A stretch of DNA of 64,000 nucleotides from Gammaproteobacteria bacterium. GTDB taxonomy: Bacteria; Pseudomonadota; Gammaproteobacteria; Arenicellales; JAJDZL01. The stretch covers positions 39,714 to 103,713 of the forward strand of contig JAKZRU010000001.1 of NCBI GenBank assembly GCA_047517965.1. The letters are read 5' to 3'. The notes below the pieces were generated by a model that did not search any database, was not told the origin of the DNA, and saw only the letters and a list, made by a program, of their open reading frames with translations. Shown here one piece after another: positions 1 through 11,033 of this stretch. A program made the position numbers and the translations under genes. Position 1 is the first letter of the stretch. The number at the start of each line of letters is the position of its first letter.

Positions 1-189
1 GTAACCCGCATTGAGCCAGGCTTGAGTGATTACGCCGTTGGAGGGGTTGTTCGACCACCATGCTCGATGAATGTCGGCTGACGGTGGCAGTTTCGCTCCG
101 ATGATATTTTCAATTTCATCAAATGTCATGGATACAGAAGATCCCCGCAACTTACGCAAATGAATTTCCAAAGGAGTGTATTTTGACAT
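1..189 (-). CDS. Hypothetical protein, N-terminal fragment (gene runs off the left edge)
   Basis: ATG at 189-187. The open frame reaches position 1 and translates MSKYTPLEIHLRKLRGSSVSMTFDEIENIIGAKLPPSADIHRAWWSNNPSNGVITQAWLNAGY. It is absent from the ORF track because its stop lies outside the window. The LPPSA...WWSN pattern recalls small uncharacterised proteins; function unknown. Confidence 0.4.
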   Translation of the reverse strand, partial: MSKYTPLEIHLRKLRGSSVSMTFDEIENIIGAKLPPSADIHRAWWSNNPSNGVITQAWLNAGY

Positions 190-832
190 ATCTCGGCTTC
201 ATATAGTTACTGTAGATATAACTAACTATACACTAATTCAACATAGATTTCAACACACGTTTCCAAGCATTCATGCCGATGTCTGTAGAAAAATTCACAA
301 CAAATGATCTGAATGATTGACAGTCTTTCACAGAAAATGTTAAAAAGTATTGCTGTAGGATTGGAGTTGGCATCAGGTTCACGAAATTGTTTCGTCCGCG
401 AATCGACAACCGATTGATCGATAGCCGCGAGTCGTCGGCCATACATTCAGGCCAGTACTTGAACGCCGATCAATACAGTCGTACATTTGCACTTCCGCAT
501 GTCCAAGATGCAGGCGATGTAACCTGCCGCACTGCGGCTGAAATCCCGGTCCACAGCCTAGTGCGATACCTGTGTTTTACGAGTAACACCGAATTCACCG
601 GAGCGCATGCAACTCCCAAAAGTCACCGTTACGGGTTTGGAGTCGCCGCGGTCGGGGAGCTTTTGTCTAGTGCATCGCTTGATTGACCACATAACGATCG
701 AGAGATCACATCGTGTTTTGCAAATTTGTATATTTTGAATATATCAACTTATGGTATTGTATATAGTGGTACGTGTGTAAAATTACTTAATACATACTAA
801 ATACCAACTACAGATTTTGGAGGAATTGAGTT

Positions 833-1984
833 ATGGCAATTCAAAAATCACGACGTAACTTTCTGAAGACTACCAGTGCTTTTGCCACTGCATATTCGAT
901 GGGAACGTTTCCCACTTTGGCGCGTGCAGCACGGGAGAAAGAACTCAACATTTACTGTTGGGAAGGATACAACTCGGACGATGTATTAGACCCATTTCGT
1001 CGGGAATTCGATGCTACTGTCCGAGCTGAGGGTCTGACTTCAGACCCAGATGCCGTAAATCGGCTCAGAGCAGGAGAAACCAAGATATGGGATTTGATCA
1101 ATGTGAATAACCCATGGGCACGTGAGATGATGTGGCCGGAAGGATTGATTCGGGAACTCCCTAGAGATCGGTTTGAGCCATTTTTTGAAAAAATGATGCC
1201 AGCATTTCATCCCCCATATCCGTGGGCGATGGACAAAACAGGTGAGCACTTACTCGGAGTTACCCAACGATTCGGCCCATTCAATTTCGTCGTGAACACG
1301 GACAAGATTTCCCGAGCGATGGCCGAAGATCAGGGGTTCAAGTTGTTTCTTGATCCCGCGATGAAGGATCGATACGGAGTTCTGACTTACGACAACTGGA
1401 ATATCTACCATATGTGTGTTGCGGCGGATGTTCATCCATTCACGTCGCATACTGCGGATGAAATTTCACGTTTTAGCGACATGGCTCGACAGATATTCAA
1501 TGGCGCAAAGCTTTTAACCGATGATCTGGTTGCGATGAATCTGGCTTTGATCAATGGAGAGATAGACGCCTATTTTACCGGTGGAACTTATACCGCTTCG
1601 CCGGCGCGATTCGATGGATACAAGAATGTACGAGGAATTACGCCGAATTCAGGTCCGATGGACGGCAAGGGCGGCATTGTGTGGATTGAGTTAACCTCTG
1701 TCGTCAACCATCCTGAAGTATCCCCATTGGCTGAAGAATTTCTTGCCTATATCCAGCGTCCCGATGTGAGCAAAAATGTTGCTTTCGCCGAAGGCACCTA
1801 CAACCCGGTCACGCAAATGGGTGACTCTGATGTTCTGGGAGCATTCAATGCCGACGAGCTGGATGCGATTCAATGGGATTCTCTGGAAGAGGAAATGGCG
1901 CGTTCACAGGATTACGACATTAATCCGGACTATGCGGAAATGTATGATCACTACTCCGCTGCCAAACGAGAACGTGAAAGCTAG
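833..1984 (+). CDS. ABC transporter periplasmic substrate-binding protein, PotD/PotF-like (polyamine/amine type)
   Basis: 383 aa. GGAGGA RBS about 12 nt upstream. Twin-arginine-type signal SRRNFLKTTSAFATAYS. NIYCWEGYNSDD start of the mature part is typical of PotD/PotF-family binding proteins. First gene of a 4-gene ABC operon. Confidence 0.85.
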   Translation: MAIQKSRRNFLKTTSAFATAYSMGTFPTLARAAREKELNIYCWEGYNSDDVLDPFRREFDATVRAEGLTSDPDAVNRLRAGETKIWDLINVNNPWAREMMWPEGLIRELPRDRFEPFFEKMMPAFHPPYPWAMDKTGEHLLGVTQRFGPFNFVVNTDKISRAMAEDQGFKLFLDPAMKDRYGVLTYDNWNIYHMCVAADVHPFTSHTADEISRFSDMARQIFNGAKLLTDDLVAMNLALINGEIDAYFTGGTYTASPARFDGYKNVRGITPNSGPMDGKGGIVWIELTSVVNHPEVSPLAEEFLAYIQRPDVSKNVAFAEGTYNPVTQMGDSDVLGAFNADELDAIQWDSLEEEMARSQDYDINPDYAEMYDHYSAAKRERES

Positions 1985-2035
1985 TCGACTAGATTCGCAT
2001 GTCATTTTCGGAATTTCTTCTGGAGTTCATTCTGT

Positions 2036-3112
2036 ATGGATGAAGGACAACTTGGCATTCTGGCACTACGAGGAATTACAAAATGTTTTGGTGACTTCAC
2101 AGCCCTCAATAATGTAGACCTCAATATTTCAGAAGGCGAGTTTTTCACACTGGTTGGGCCTTCCGGCAGTGGCAAGACAACTCTCATTCGCATACTGGTG
2201 GGGATGGAATTCCCCACCAGTGGCGAAATCTCCCTCAAAGGCAACATCATCAACGATGTTCCCGCAAACAAACGTCCGACGTGTATGGTGTTTCAGAACC
2301 TGGCACTGTTTCCACACAAATCGGTTGGGCAGAATGTAGAGTTTGCAATGAAGATTGCGGGGGTGGATTCCACCGTCAGACGCAAGCGGGTAATTGAGTT
2401 GCTGGAGCTTTTGCGACTACCGGCAGATTTTTACGGTAAAAACATCAATCAGTGTTCAGGCGGCGAGCAGCAGAGAATTGCCCTTGCTCGCGCGTTGGCG
2501 TTTGATCCTGAAATCCTGTTTTTTGACGAGCCGCTTTCTGCACTGGATTTCAGACTTCGAAAGACACTTGAGAAAGAACTCAAGGACATTCATCGGGAAA
2601 CCGGAAAGACGTTCGTCTACATTACCCATTCACTTGAGGAAGCAATGGTGATGAGTGATCGAATCGGAATTCTGAATGAAGGCGAACTAATCCAGATTGG
2701 AAGTCCGTATGATATCTACAATCGTCCGAAAAACAAGTTCGTCGCCCAGTTCATGGGAGAAGTGAATACGCTTGAGGTCGAACGTGTGGGCGGTACTCAT
2801 GTCAAAGAATACTCGATGAACGGCGAGTTTGAGATCGGAGCCAATGCTGAGGATTTTAAATCCGGATTTCTTATTATTCGTCCTGAAGTCATGAAGATCG
2901 GGCCGGCAGCGGAAACGCTGCCGAATCGGATTCAAGGTGTTTTTTTCAATGATTACGCACTCGGTTCGCGCATTCAGTATCAGGTACGCAGTGCCGATGG
3001 GGAATATCACTGGCTGGTTGAACGGTTGCAGGACGACCCATATTCCGGCAAGCGAGGGGAACCTGTGACTATTGGTTGGCGACCGCAGGATTCCATTCTG
3101 GTAAATCAGTGA
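2036..3112 (+). CDS. ABC transporter ATP-binding protein (PotA-like)
   Basis: Walker A GPSGSGKTT, signature CSGGEQQRIALARAL, Walker B ILFFDEPLSALD, plus a C-terminal regulatory/OB-like extension as in PotA/MalK-type ATPases. Confidence 0.95.
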   Translation: MDEGQLGILALRGITKCFGDFTALNNVDLNISEGEFFTLVGPSGSGKTTLIRILVGMEFPTSGEISLKGNIINDVPANKRPTCMVFQNLALFPHKSVGQNVEFAMKIAGVDSTVRRKRVIELLELLRLPADFYGKNINQCSGGEQQRIALARALAFDPEILFFDEPLSALDFRLRKTLEKELKDIHRETGKTFVYITHSLEEAMVMSDRIGILNEGELIQIGSPYDIYNRPKNKFVAQFMGEVNTLEVERVGGTHVKEYSMNGEFEIGANAEDFKSGFLIIRPEVMKIGPAAETLPNRIQGVFFNDYALGSRIQYQVRSADGEYHWLVERLQDDPYSGKRGEPVTIGWRPQDSILVNQ

Positions 3113-3130
3113 GCCTTTGAAATTGCAGCG

Positions 3131-3991
3131 ATGAAAGCCCTCTCAAATTGGGTCCGTCAGCCTGGATTTCTAACCGCACTGCCGGTTGGAATTTTTCTCT
3201 TGATCGGATTTGCGGGTCCTTTGGTACTGGTGGTGCTGTACAGCTTCATGCCACCAAGAACTTTCAAGCTTGGCCAACTGCCAACACTTGACAACTACAT
3301 TTCGGTCGTCACACAGAGCTACTATATATCGTTCAGCTGGTCGTTGACGCTTGCAGTCATAACGGTCATCCTGTTATTGATTGTCACTTATCCGGTCGCT
3401 TACGGCATGGCGAAATTATTTGGAAAGTGGGCAACGCTCATTACCATTTTGATTGTGCTTCCGTTGTTGATTTCAGAAAACATTCGCTTGTTCGGCTGGG
3501 TATTGCTGCTGCTGAAGAATGGAATCATCGATGGGTCTATCCAATTCCTGTTCGGAACGTCAGTATCAGGCATGCTGTATAACGTGCCTGCGATTGTACT
3601 GGGATTGGTATACGTGTATCTTCCCTTCATGTTATTTCCATTGGTGATCGGCATGTCCATGGTGCCGGAGTCGTTGAAGGAAGCCGCGTCGGACCTTGGC
3701 GCCTCAAGGCTTCAAATTTTCCGCGAAGTTGAACTGCCTCTTTCCATGCCGGGAATTTTGATAGGCTGTTTGTTGGTGTTTATTCTCACCTTGGGATCGT
3801 TGGCCGAATCCAAGATACTCGGGGGGCAGGCAGTTGTCATGATTGCCGATGATATTGAATCCGCTTTTACCTTTGCTCAAAACTGGCCGAAAGGGTCAGT
3901 CCTGTCAGTTTTACTCATCATGATCTCACTGATTATCATCTATTTCCTTTTCCGCAAGATAGATCTGGACCGATTGGTTGGCAGGCGATAA
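3131..3991 (+). CDS. ABC transporter permease (PotB-like)
   Basis: 286 aa, multi-pass hydrophobic, with an EAA-type loop (EAASDLGASRLQIFREVELP). Confidence 0.9.
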   Translation: MKALSNWVRQPGFLTALPVGIFLLIGFAGPLVLVVLYSFMPPRTFKLGQLPTLDNYISVVTQSYYISFSWSLTLAVITVILLLIVTYPVAYGMAKLFGKWATLITILIVLPLLISENIRLFGWVLLLLKNGIIDGSIQFLFGTSVSGMLYNVPAIVLGLVYVYLPFMLFPLVIGMSMVPESLKEAASDLGASRLQIFREVELPLSMPGILIGCLLVFILTLGSLAESKILGGQAVVMIADDIESAFTFAQNWPKGSVLSVLLIMISLIIIYFLFRKIDLDRLVGRR

Positions 3992-3994
3992 ATC

Positions 3995-4807
3995 GTGAAG
4001 AACCATCGTAAAGGCAGAATTTCCCGAGCTCTCATCATCGTCTGGACTGGGAGCATTCTCCTGTTCTTGTATATGCCGATGCTGTCAGTGGTGATGGCTT
4101 CGTTTACCAAACAGCGCTATTTCCAGTTTCCGGTCAAAATGTGGGATACGATATGGTATGAAAAAGCATTTTCTTCACTGTCGGTCCGCGATCTTTTCTG
4201 GACTTCCATTAGCATTGCGACATTGGTGACGCTGCTGTCGGTGGTGCTGGCATTTTTCGGTGCGCTTGCTTTCGCACGCTATGACTGGAAGGGGCGCAAA
4301 CTCTATCAGCGTCTGATCCTGCTGCCGATTTTCTTTCCTCAGGCAGTTCTTGGATTGGCTTTACTGTTGTGGTTTTCTTCGCTCGGAATTACGACAAGCT
4401 GGCAGACAGCGGTGTTCGCACACATGATCTGGATACTGCCAATTGTGACGCTGATCATGTCCATTCAGGTATACAGTTTTGATCCGGTGTGGGAGGAGGC
4501 GGCATACGATCTTGGCGCCTCGCGGTTGCAGGTGCTCAGGGAGATCACCTTGCCGATTCTCTCTCCAGGTATCATTTCCGGCGCCATCTTCGCATTTCTT
4601 CTTTCCTGGGGGAATTTTCCTCTATCGCTTTTTACAACCGGAGCTGACCAGACAATACCTGAATGGCTGTATGCAAAAATGGTATCGGGTTACACGCCGA
4701 TGGTGCCGACTCTTGGTTCGCTTACGATGGGCGGTGCTGCCGGCATCCTGCTGATCGCCTTTGTTTTTCTGGTTATCTATCGTAAGGTGCGAGGACGCAG
4801 CGGATAG
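3995..4807 (+). CDS. ABC transporter permease (PotC-like)
   Basis: GTG start 3 nt after the previous stop. 270 aa, hydrophobic, with EAA loop EAAYDLGASRLQVLREITLP. Confidence 0.9.
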   Translation: MKNHRKGRISRALIIVWTGSILLFLYMPMLSVVMASFTKQRYFQFPVKMWDTIWYEKAFSSLSVRDLFWTSISIATLVTLLSVVLAFFGALAFARYDWKGRKLYQRLILLPIFFPQAVLGLALLLWFSSLGITTSWQTAVFAHMIWILPIVTLIMSIQVYSFDPVWEEAAYDLGASRLQVLREITLPILSPGIISGAIFAFLLSWGNFPLSLFTTGADQTIPEWLYAKMVSGYTPMVPTLGSLTMGGAAGILLIAFVFLVIYRKVRGRSG

Positions 4808-5890
4808 TCAAATTACAGAACTTCGGCCTCGGTATTCACGTGGGGAGAGGCCGGTCCAGCGTCGGAATGCCCGACTGAATGCACTGAGCTCAGAATACCC
4901 CAACAAGTAGGCGATTTCGGACAGCGACAGATTTCGTTGCTTGAAATACATTTCAGCTAGACTTTTTCTAGTCTCTTCCACCAAATCGGTGTAGGAAAGT
5001 CCTTCCCAGGCAAGACTGCGCTGAATCGCGCTAGTGCTCATGTAAATACTCTCAGCAATCAGTTCAAGAGAAGGATAGCCATCCGCCAGCTTGATTCGAA
5101 TGATATTGCGAATACGATCTGTCAAATTTTGCGTGAACGGATTATTGGTGTGAAGGGATTCAAGACAGGTTCGAGTGAGTGACATCAGCTTCAGATCGCT
5201 GTTTGGCATTCTGGATTCGAGAATAGCAGGGCTGAATACGATGGCATTTACTTTTTGACTGAAAAACACTGGGGCGTCGAATGCTTTTTCGTGTTCAGCG
5301 CTGTTTTCAGGTTTTGGGTGTTCAAAATAGATTTCTTCCGGCTGCCAGTTTTTGCCTGCACCTTCACGAATTACGTTCAAGAACATTCCGAGGGATAATT
5401 CAGCGTCTTGTCTGCGTTCCACAATTTGCGGGTCGCGTACCTGATACTCAAGATTACAATAACCGTTGCTGGCGGAAGCCAGTCGCATCATGGAGCATTG
5501 TTGGTGGAATCGGAATAGATCGATGAGATTGTCAAGCGCATTGCCCAAAGTTGGAGAGGAAATAGCTGCATAGCCCCAAAGTCCGAGATCATTGGGTTGA
5601 AACTGGTTGCCGAACCACAATCCGAAATTGTCGTTCCGGGTGTTCTCTGAGGCTGATTCAAATAAACCACAGAAAGACTTTAGCGACACGCCTTTGGTCG
5701 GATTGCCGATGCACTTCTGGTCTACCCCAGCTTCACCAAAGACTCGGTCTACATCGCCTCCATGTTGACTGATGAATTCATCAACCCCGGTAGCTGCTGG
5801 TGCCAGTACGTGCGGGACTCGTTCAGCATCATAATCAGGCTGAGGAAATGTTCCTGAATTCTGAAATTCGTACACTGATTCAAAGTTCAT
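4808..5890 (-). CDS. AraC-family transcriptional regulator
   Basis: C-terminal AraC HTH (SEIAYLLGYSELSAFSRAFRRWTGLSPREYR) and a long N-terminal ligand-type domain. I prefer the ATG at 5890 (MNFESVYEF) over the track start at 5953. Its stop abuts the stop of the convergent permease gene. Confidence 0.85.
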   Translation of the reverse strand: MNFESVYEFQNSGTFPQPDYDAERVPHVLAPAATGVDEFISQHGGDVDRVFGEAGVDQKCIGNPTKGVSLKSFCGLFESASENTRNDNFGLWFGNQFQPNDLGLWGYAAISSPTLGNALDNLIDLFRFHQQCSMMRLASASNGYCNLEYQVRDPQIVERRQDAELSLGMFLNVIREGAGKNWQPEEIYFEHPKPENSAEHEKAFDAPVFFSQKVNAIVFSPAILESRMPNSDLKLMSLTRTCLESLHTNNPFTQNLTDRIRNIIRIKLADGYPSLELIAESIYMSTSAIQRSLAWEGLSYTDLVEETRKSLAEMYFKQRNLSLSEIAYLLGYSELSAFSRAFRRWTGLSPREYRGRSSVI

Positions 5891-6230
5891 TTTAATTTGA
5901 AATTCCGTTAATGTCGAAATCTGTATTACTAAGAATGCACTAATCTGTTTCAATTTGCAAGATTTGGTGTTCAGTGAACGCCCTACTCCTGTGCGTAATT
6001 TTCTCTACTTCGATCCTCAATTCGATTGAAGTCGAAATTGAGTCCACCGAATTTACAACTGAATGCATGATTGACAGTCGCACGTTATAACCCTTCTTGA
6101 AAAATTCAATAAATGTTTATTTCTGCAAAGGAAATCAGTTTCGAGCAATTTACAATTCGTCAAATTTTTTCATGGTACAGTATAGTAATACGCGTCAGTT
6201 TGAGAGTTCATTGCCAGGGGAGGTGATCTC

Positions 6231-9200
6231 ATGTCGATACTGCATTCACAACAGACACAAGCTCTCATAAACCGGCTTGTTGGCGATGAAGGCAATTTGC
6301 ATTCGCTTGAAGCCAAACAGTTTACTGAGTTCGTTCGTCACTATTTTCACGGAGCTCCGTACGAGGACTTGAGTGAACGAGACCTATTCGATCTGAGAGG
6401 TGCAGCACTTGCTCACATGGAATTGGGTAGAGTACGCAAGCAGGGTGAATCCAAAATTCGCATCTACACCCCGGACGTAGAAAGGGATGGCTGGCGGTCT
6501 AAACATGCTGTTCTTGAAGTGGTTACATTTGATCGGCCGTTTTTAGTTGACTCCATTACTATGGTTTTGAAGGAGATGGGGCTAAAAACTCACTTTGCGG
6601 TACACCCGGTGTTTGCCGTCAAGAGAAAGTCAAGTGGCGAACTCGAAAAAATCGCTTCCCCATTGAATGCAGATTTCATGGATGGGGAGTTTGAATCTTT
6701 TCTTCAATTTCAATTCTTCAAGCCATCTGGTGCGGATGAGATAAATGCTCTCAAGGCTCGATTGCTGCATACTCTCCAACTCATTGAGTCTGCTGTAACG
6801 GATTGGCCAGTGATGCGAAAACGAGTCGGGGAGACAGCTCAATATCTAGAACAGGAAATGAAACGCTCCGACAACGCAGCCATGGAAGACCACGCTGAAT
6901 TCTGCGATTGGATGAAGGACGGCAATTTCACATTCCTCGGTTACTGTGAATTCAAGAACTTAAAGTCGGGAAAGATTAGATTTGACGAAAAATCCAGACT
7001 TGGCGTGTTGCGGAACATAGACGATATTAGCGAAGTATTTCCAGTTGTCGAATTCAGTTCTAACGAACGAGAACAGTTGCTCACCATCACTAAAGCAAAC
7101 ACACACGCTCCGATTCATCGCGCGTCTTATATGGATTTAATCACGGTCCCGAAGTTTTCATCAAGCGGAAAGTGCACTGGCCTGCGAGTCCTAGTCGGGC
7201 TTTTTAGTTCGACTGCATACAATGGCAGTGCCAACCTAATCCCTTTACTCAGAGTCAAGATAAAGAAAGTCCTTCAAAGAAGCAGGTTTTCGGAAACGAC
7301 GCACAGCATTCGAGCACTGACGAACATCATTGACAATTATCCCCGCGACATGCTGTTTCGCGTTTCTGTTGACGAATTGTTTGAGGATGTCGCCGGTACT
7401 CTGGAACTGCAAGAACGTCAGCGTATTAAAGTGTTTTTAAGACGAGAACAGTACGGACGGTTTTATTCGGCGATCGTATATGTTCCACAGGAGCTGTTCA
7501 ATCGAACTTTACGAGTAAATATCGGGGAAATTCTAATGGAATCCCTAGAAGGCAAATCTTCGGATTTCTCTTCCACATTTTCTGAGTCAGTGCTAGCGCG
7601 TATTACCTATACGATTCATGTCGACAAAGACTCTGTTCCCAAAAGGGAATTGGCGGAGATTCAGCAATTGGTTGAGGATACCGCGATTACTTGGCAAGAT
7701 TCGCTATACAAGGCAACAATTGAACGCTATGGCGAAGAGACTGGCACGCAGTACTTTAAAAACTATGAAAATTCCTTCAGTGCCAGTTATCAGGAAGATC
7801 ATTCTCCATGGATGGCCGCGGCGGATTTTGAGCGATTTGCCAGATTGGGTGAGGATGAACTCATCGTTTCTTTTTATCGTCCTTTAAGCGAAGCGAACGA
7901 AGAAAAATGTCATCTGAAACTGTACTGCTACGGGAAACAGATTTCCCCTTCAGACGCGTTGCCTTATCTCGAAAATATGGGACTATACGTAGTCGAAGAA
8001 AGGCCATACGAAATCAGACCGAAATCCGGTGAAGCTCTTTGGATGCACGACTTCACGGTTGTGCATTCGAATGGGGATCATTTGGATCCGGACCAACAGC
8101 GAGCGACTTTCGAAGAAGCGTTCCGACGTATCTGGCGCGGAGACTCAGAGAACGACGGATTCAATCGTCTAGTGCTGACGGCAAATTTAGCTTGGAGGCA
8201 GGTAGTTATTTTGCGAGCGTACAGTCGCTACCTCAAACAGATCGGAAATCCATTCAGTGACTCCTATATTACTGAAACCCTCACTCGACATGTTGAAATG
8301 ACCGTCAGTTTAGTCGAGTATTTTCAAATGCTGTTCGATCCATCTTCAGATTCAACGGACAGTCAACGCAATCAAATTTTGGATCAACTCAACGGCTATC
8401 TGGATGAAATTACGAGTCTTGATGAAGACGTCATGATGCGCAATTGTATGAATGTGATTTCATCTACGATTCGAACGAATTTCTACCGCACTGACGAGAG
8501 TGGTCAACCGCTGAGCTATTTGTCGTTCAAGATTGATGCATTCAAAATTTTGAAAATGCCGGATCCCAGGCCGAAATACGAAATATTCGTTTACTCAACT
8601 CGTACTGAAGCTGTACATCTGCGCGGTGGCAAGGTCGCGCGTGGTGGATTACGTTGGTCAGATCGCAGGGAAGATTTTCGCACCGAAGTGCTTGGACTGG
8701 TGAAAGCACAAATTGTGAAGAACGCGGTGATTGTTCCGGTCGGTTCAAAAGGTGGTTTTGTTATTAAACAGCCACCACCAGAAGGTAAAACGTTACTTGA
8801 CGAGGCTATCTACTGTTATTCGACATTCATCCGTGGCATGCTGGATATCACGGACAATATCGTCGACAACGAGATTGTAAGCCCACCAGATGTAAAGTGT
8901 TACGACGACAGCGATCCATATCTGGTTGTTGCCGCAGACAAAGGTACAGCGACCTTTTCCGATATTGCCAACGGACTGGCGGGCGAATACGGGTTCTGGC
9001 TCGGCGATGCATTCGCATCCGGTGGTTCTGTCGGTTATGATCACAAAGGAATGGGGATTACCGCCCGTGGTGCGTGGGAATCGGTCAAGCGTCATTTTCG
9101 CGAACTTGGCACCGACATTCAGACCACTGACTTTACAGCAATTGGAATTGGCGACATGAGCGGCGATGTATTCGGAAACGGTATGCTATTGTCCCGTCAT

Positions 9201-11033
9201 ATTAAGCTGGTTGGTGCGTTCAATCACATTGAAATCTTCCTTGACCCAAATCCAGACGCGGCAATCAGTTACGAAGAACGTAAACATCTATTTGACAATC
9301 CAGGACTGACTTGGAAGGATTACAACAAGAAACTGATTTCAAAAGGCGGCGGGGTTTTCGATCGAACAGCTAAGGCGATCAACATTTCTCCTGAAGTGCA
9401 AAAGAGATTGCACATCAGCGAGAGCAAACTCGCCCCGACTGAATTGCTGAATGCCATGCTCAAGGCTCCGATTGATCTTTTATGGAACGGTGGCATTGGA
9501 ACCTACGTAAAAGCGACATTGGAATCACATGCAGATGCGGCAAACCGTTCGAATGATCTGATTCGAGTAAATGGCAGTGATCTTGGCTGCAAAGTTGTCG
9601 GCGAAGGCGGAAATCTTGGCATGACCCAGCTTGGTCGGGTTGAGTACTGCTTGAATGGCGGTCGTTGTTACACTGATTTCATTGACAACTCCGGCGGCGT
9701 CGACTGCTCCGACCATGAAGTCAATATCAAGATCTTGCTGAATCAGGTTGTGAACAATGGCGAGATGACCATGAAGCAACGGAAACAGATACTGAAGAAC
9801 ATGACCGATGAAGTCGCAAGTCTGGTTCTTACTGATAATTACCAACAAAGCCAGGCATTAAGCTTGATTAATGCGAATTCAAAAAATCTGTTGCAGGAGC
9901 ACGTACGCTTCATTCGAGAGTTGGAGTCATCTGGGGACTTGAATCGACAAATAGAATTCCTGCCTGACCGGGATGAAATGAAACGGCGAGAATCGGAAGG
10001 AATCGGGCTCAAGTTTCCAGAACTATCGGTACTGCTTGCGTATTCCAAAATGACACTCTACCAAACTTTACTCGCATCCGATCTTCCGGAGGACCCATAC
10101 CTGATCAAAGAACTATACGAATATTTCCCAGAGAGATTGGCAAGGGATTTCAAAGAAGAGATTCAGAAACACCGTCTGAAACGGGAAATTGTTGCTACTT
10201 ATGTGACAAACAACATGGTCAATCGCGTCGGCCCCACATTTGTCTTGCGCATGCAGCAATTTACTGGTGCTGATAGTTGTGATGTTGCTAGGGCATATTG
10301 TGCGGCGAGAGAGATTTTTCAGGTTCAGGATGTCTGGAAAGCAATTGAAGACCTCGACAATAAGGTTGCAGCACAAACCCAGATGACAATGCTTTCATTT
10401 GTTGGAGGACTGTTGGAGCGAGCAACACTATGGCTTCTTCGCCACCGTAGTCTTCCGATCGATGTTGAAGGAACGGTGAACTATTTTAGAGGCGAGATTA
10501 GCAAACTTTCCAAAGGACTATCGAAGGCGTTGACAGATCAGTACACCCAACCACTGAATGAACACGTTCGGGCGTTGATGGACGATCATGTTCCGGAGCC
10601 ACTCGCTCGACAGATTTCGGAGTTCATTCCACTTTCAACCGCGTTCGACATCGTTGAAATCATCAAGAATTCAAAAAAACCGATGTTATTTGTCACACAG
10701 GTGTATTTTGATGTTGGAGCACGTTTGGATTTGGTGTGGATTCGTCAGAGAGTTTCAATGCTTCCTGTAGAAAATCACTGGCACAGTCTTGCCAAATCAA
10801 GGCTGAGCGATGATATTCACGCTCACCAGTATGCAATTGCCAGCGATGTCGTGCGGGAGGCGAAAACGAATGACCCTACTGAAGCGGTATCGGAGTGGAT
10901 AGAATCCAACAACAATGGTTGCCGTATGCTGGCCAATATCATTTCCGACATGAAGTCTATCAGTAAAATAGATTTTGCTACACTTTCGGTTGCTATCAGC
11001 GAGGTTCACCTACTCGGAAGAGCTTCTGAATAG
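6231..11033 (+). CDS. gdhB: NAD-specific glutamate dehydrogenase, large (about 180 kDa) GdhB type
   Basis: 1600 aa. The catalytic-core block RGGKVARGGLRWSDRREDFRTEVLGLVKAQIVKNAVIVPVGSKGGFV matches my recollection of the bacterial NAD-GDH family signature. Length is characteristic. Confidence 0.9.
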   Translation: MSILHSQQTQALINRLVGDEGNLHSLEAKQFTEFVRHYFHGAPYEDLSERDLFDLRGAALAHMELGRVRKQGESKIRIYTPDVERDGWRSKHAVLEVVTFDRPFLVDSITMVLKEMGLKTHFAVHPVFAVKRKSSGELEKIASPLNADFMDGEFESFLQFQFFKPSGADEINALKARLLHTLQLIESAVTDWPVMRKRVGETAQYLEQEMKRSDNAAMEDHAEFCDWMKDGNFTFLGYCEFKNLKSGKIRFDEKSRLGVLRNIDDISEVFPVVEFSSNEREQLLTITKANTHAPIHRASYMDLITVPKFSSSGKCTGLRVLVGLFSSTAYNGSANLIPLLRVKIKKVLQRSRFSETTHSIRALTNIIDNYPRDMLFRVSVDELFEDVAGTLELQERQRIKVFLRREQYGRFYSAIVYVPQELFNRTLRVNIGEILMESLEGKSSDFSSTFSESVLARITYTIHVDKDSVPKRELAEIQQLVEDTAITWQDSLYKATIERYGEETGTQYFKNYENSFSASYQEDHSPWMAAADFERFARLGEDELIVSFYRPLSEANEEKCHLKLYCYGKQISPSDALPYLENMGLYVVEERPYEIRPKSGEALWMHDFTVVHSNGDHLDPDQQRATFEEAFRRIWRGDSENDGFNRLVLTANLAWRQVVILRAYSRYLKQIGNPFSDSYITETLTRHVEMTVSLVEYFQMLFDPSSDSTDSQRNQILDQLNGYLDEITSLDEDVMMRNCMNVISSTIRTNFYRTDESGQPLSYLSFKIDAFKILKMPDPRPKYEIFVYSTRTEAVHLRGGKVARGGLRWSDRREDFRTEVLGLVKAQIVKNAVIVPVGSKGGFVIKQPPPEGKTLLDEAIYCYSTFIRGMLDITDNIVDNEIVSPPDVKCYDDSDPYLVVAADKGTATFSDIANGLAGEYGFWLGDAFASGGSVGYDHKGMGITARGAWESVKRHFRELGTDIQTTDFTAIGIGDMSGDVFGNGMLLSRHIKLVGAFNHIEIFLDPNPDAAISYEERKHLFDNPGLTWKDYNKKLISKGGGVFDRTAKAINISPEVQKRLHISESKLAPTELLNAMLKAPIDLLWNGGIGTYVKATLESHADAANRSNDLIRVNGSDLGCKVVGEGGNLGMTQLGRVEYCLNGGRCYTDFIDNSGGVDCSDHEVNIKILLNQVVNNGEMTMKQRKQILKNMTDEVASLVLTDNYQQSQALSLINANSKNLLQEHVRFIRELESSGDLNRQIEFLPDRDEMKRRESEGIGLKFPELSVLLAYSKMTLYQTLLASDLPEDPYLIKELYEYFPERLARDFKEEIQKHRLKREIVATYVTNNMVNRVGPTFVLRMQQFTGADSCDVARAYCAAREIFQVQDVWKAIEDLDNKVAAQTQMTMLSFVGGLLERATLWLLRHRSLPIDVEGTVNYFRGEISKLSKGLSKALTDQYTQPLNEHVRALMDDHVPEPLARQISEFIPLSTAFDIVEIIKNSKKPMLFVTQVYFDVGARLDLVWIRQRVSMLPVENHWHSLAKSRLSDDIHAHQYAIASDVVREAKTNDPTEAVSEWIESNNNGCRMLANIISDMKSISKIDFATLSVAISEVHLLGRASE

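Noticed and set aside
387-686. 99-aa ORF in the GC-richer island, considered as a protein-coding gene
   Set aside because: It has no RBS and no recognisable motif. Its composition looks like translated non-coding DNA. It is kept only as a possible RNA or pseudogene region in the findings.
390-690. RNase P RNA, tmRNA, cobalamin riboswitch or group II intron domain V in the GC-richer island
   Set aside because: The hallmark strings are absent on both strands. I looked for GGAAAGTCCGGGC and ACAGAA.CCGGCTTA (RNase P), a GGGG...start with a CCACCA end (tmRNA), the B12 box, and a D5 hairpin. Only vague partial resemblances were found.
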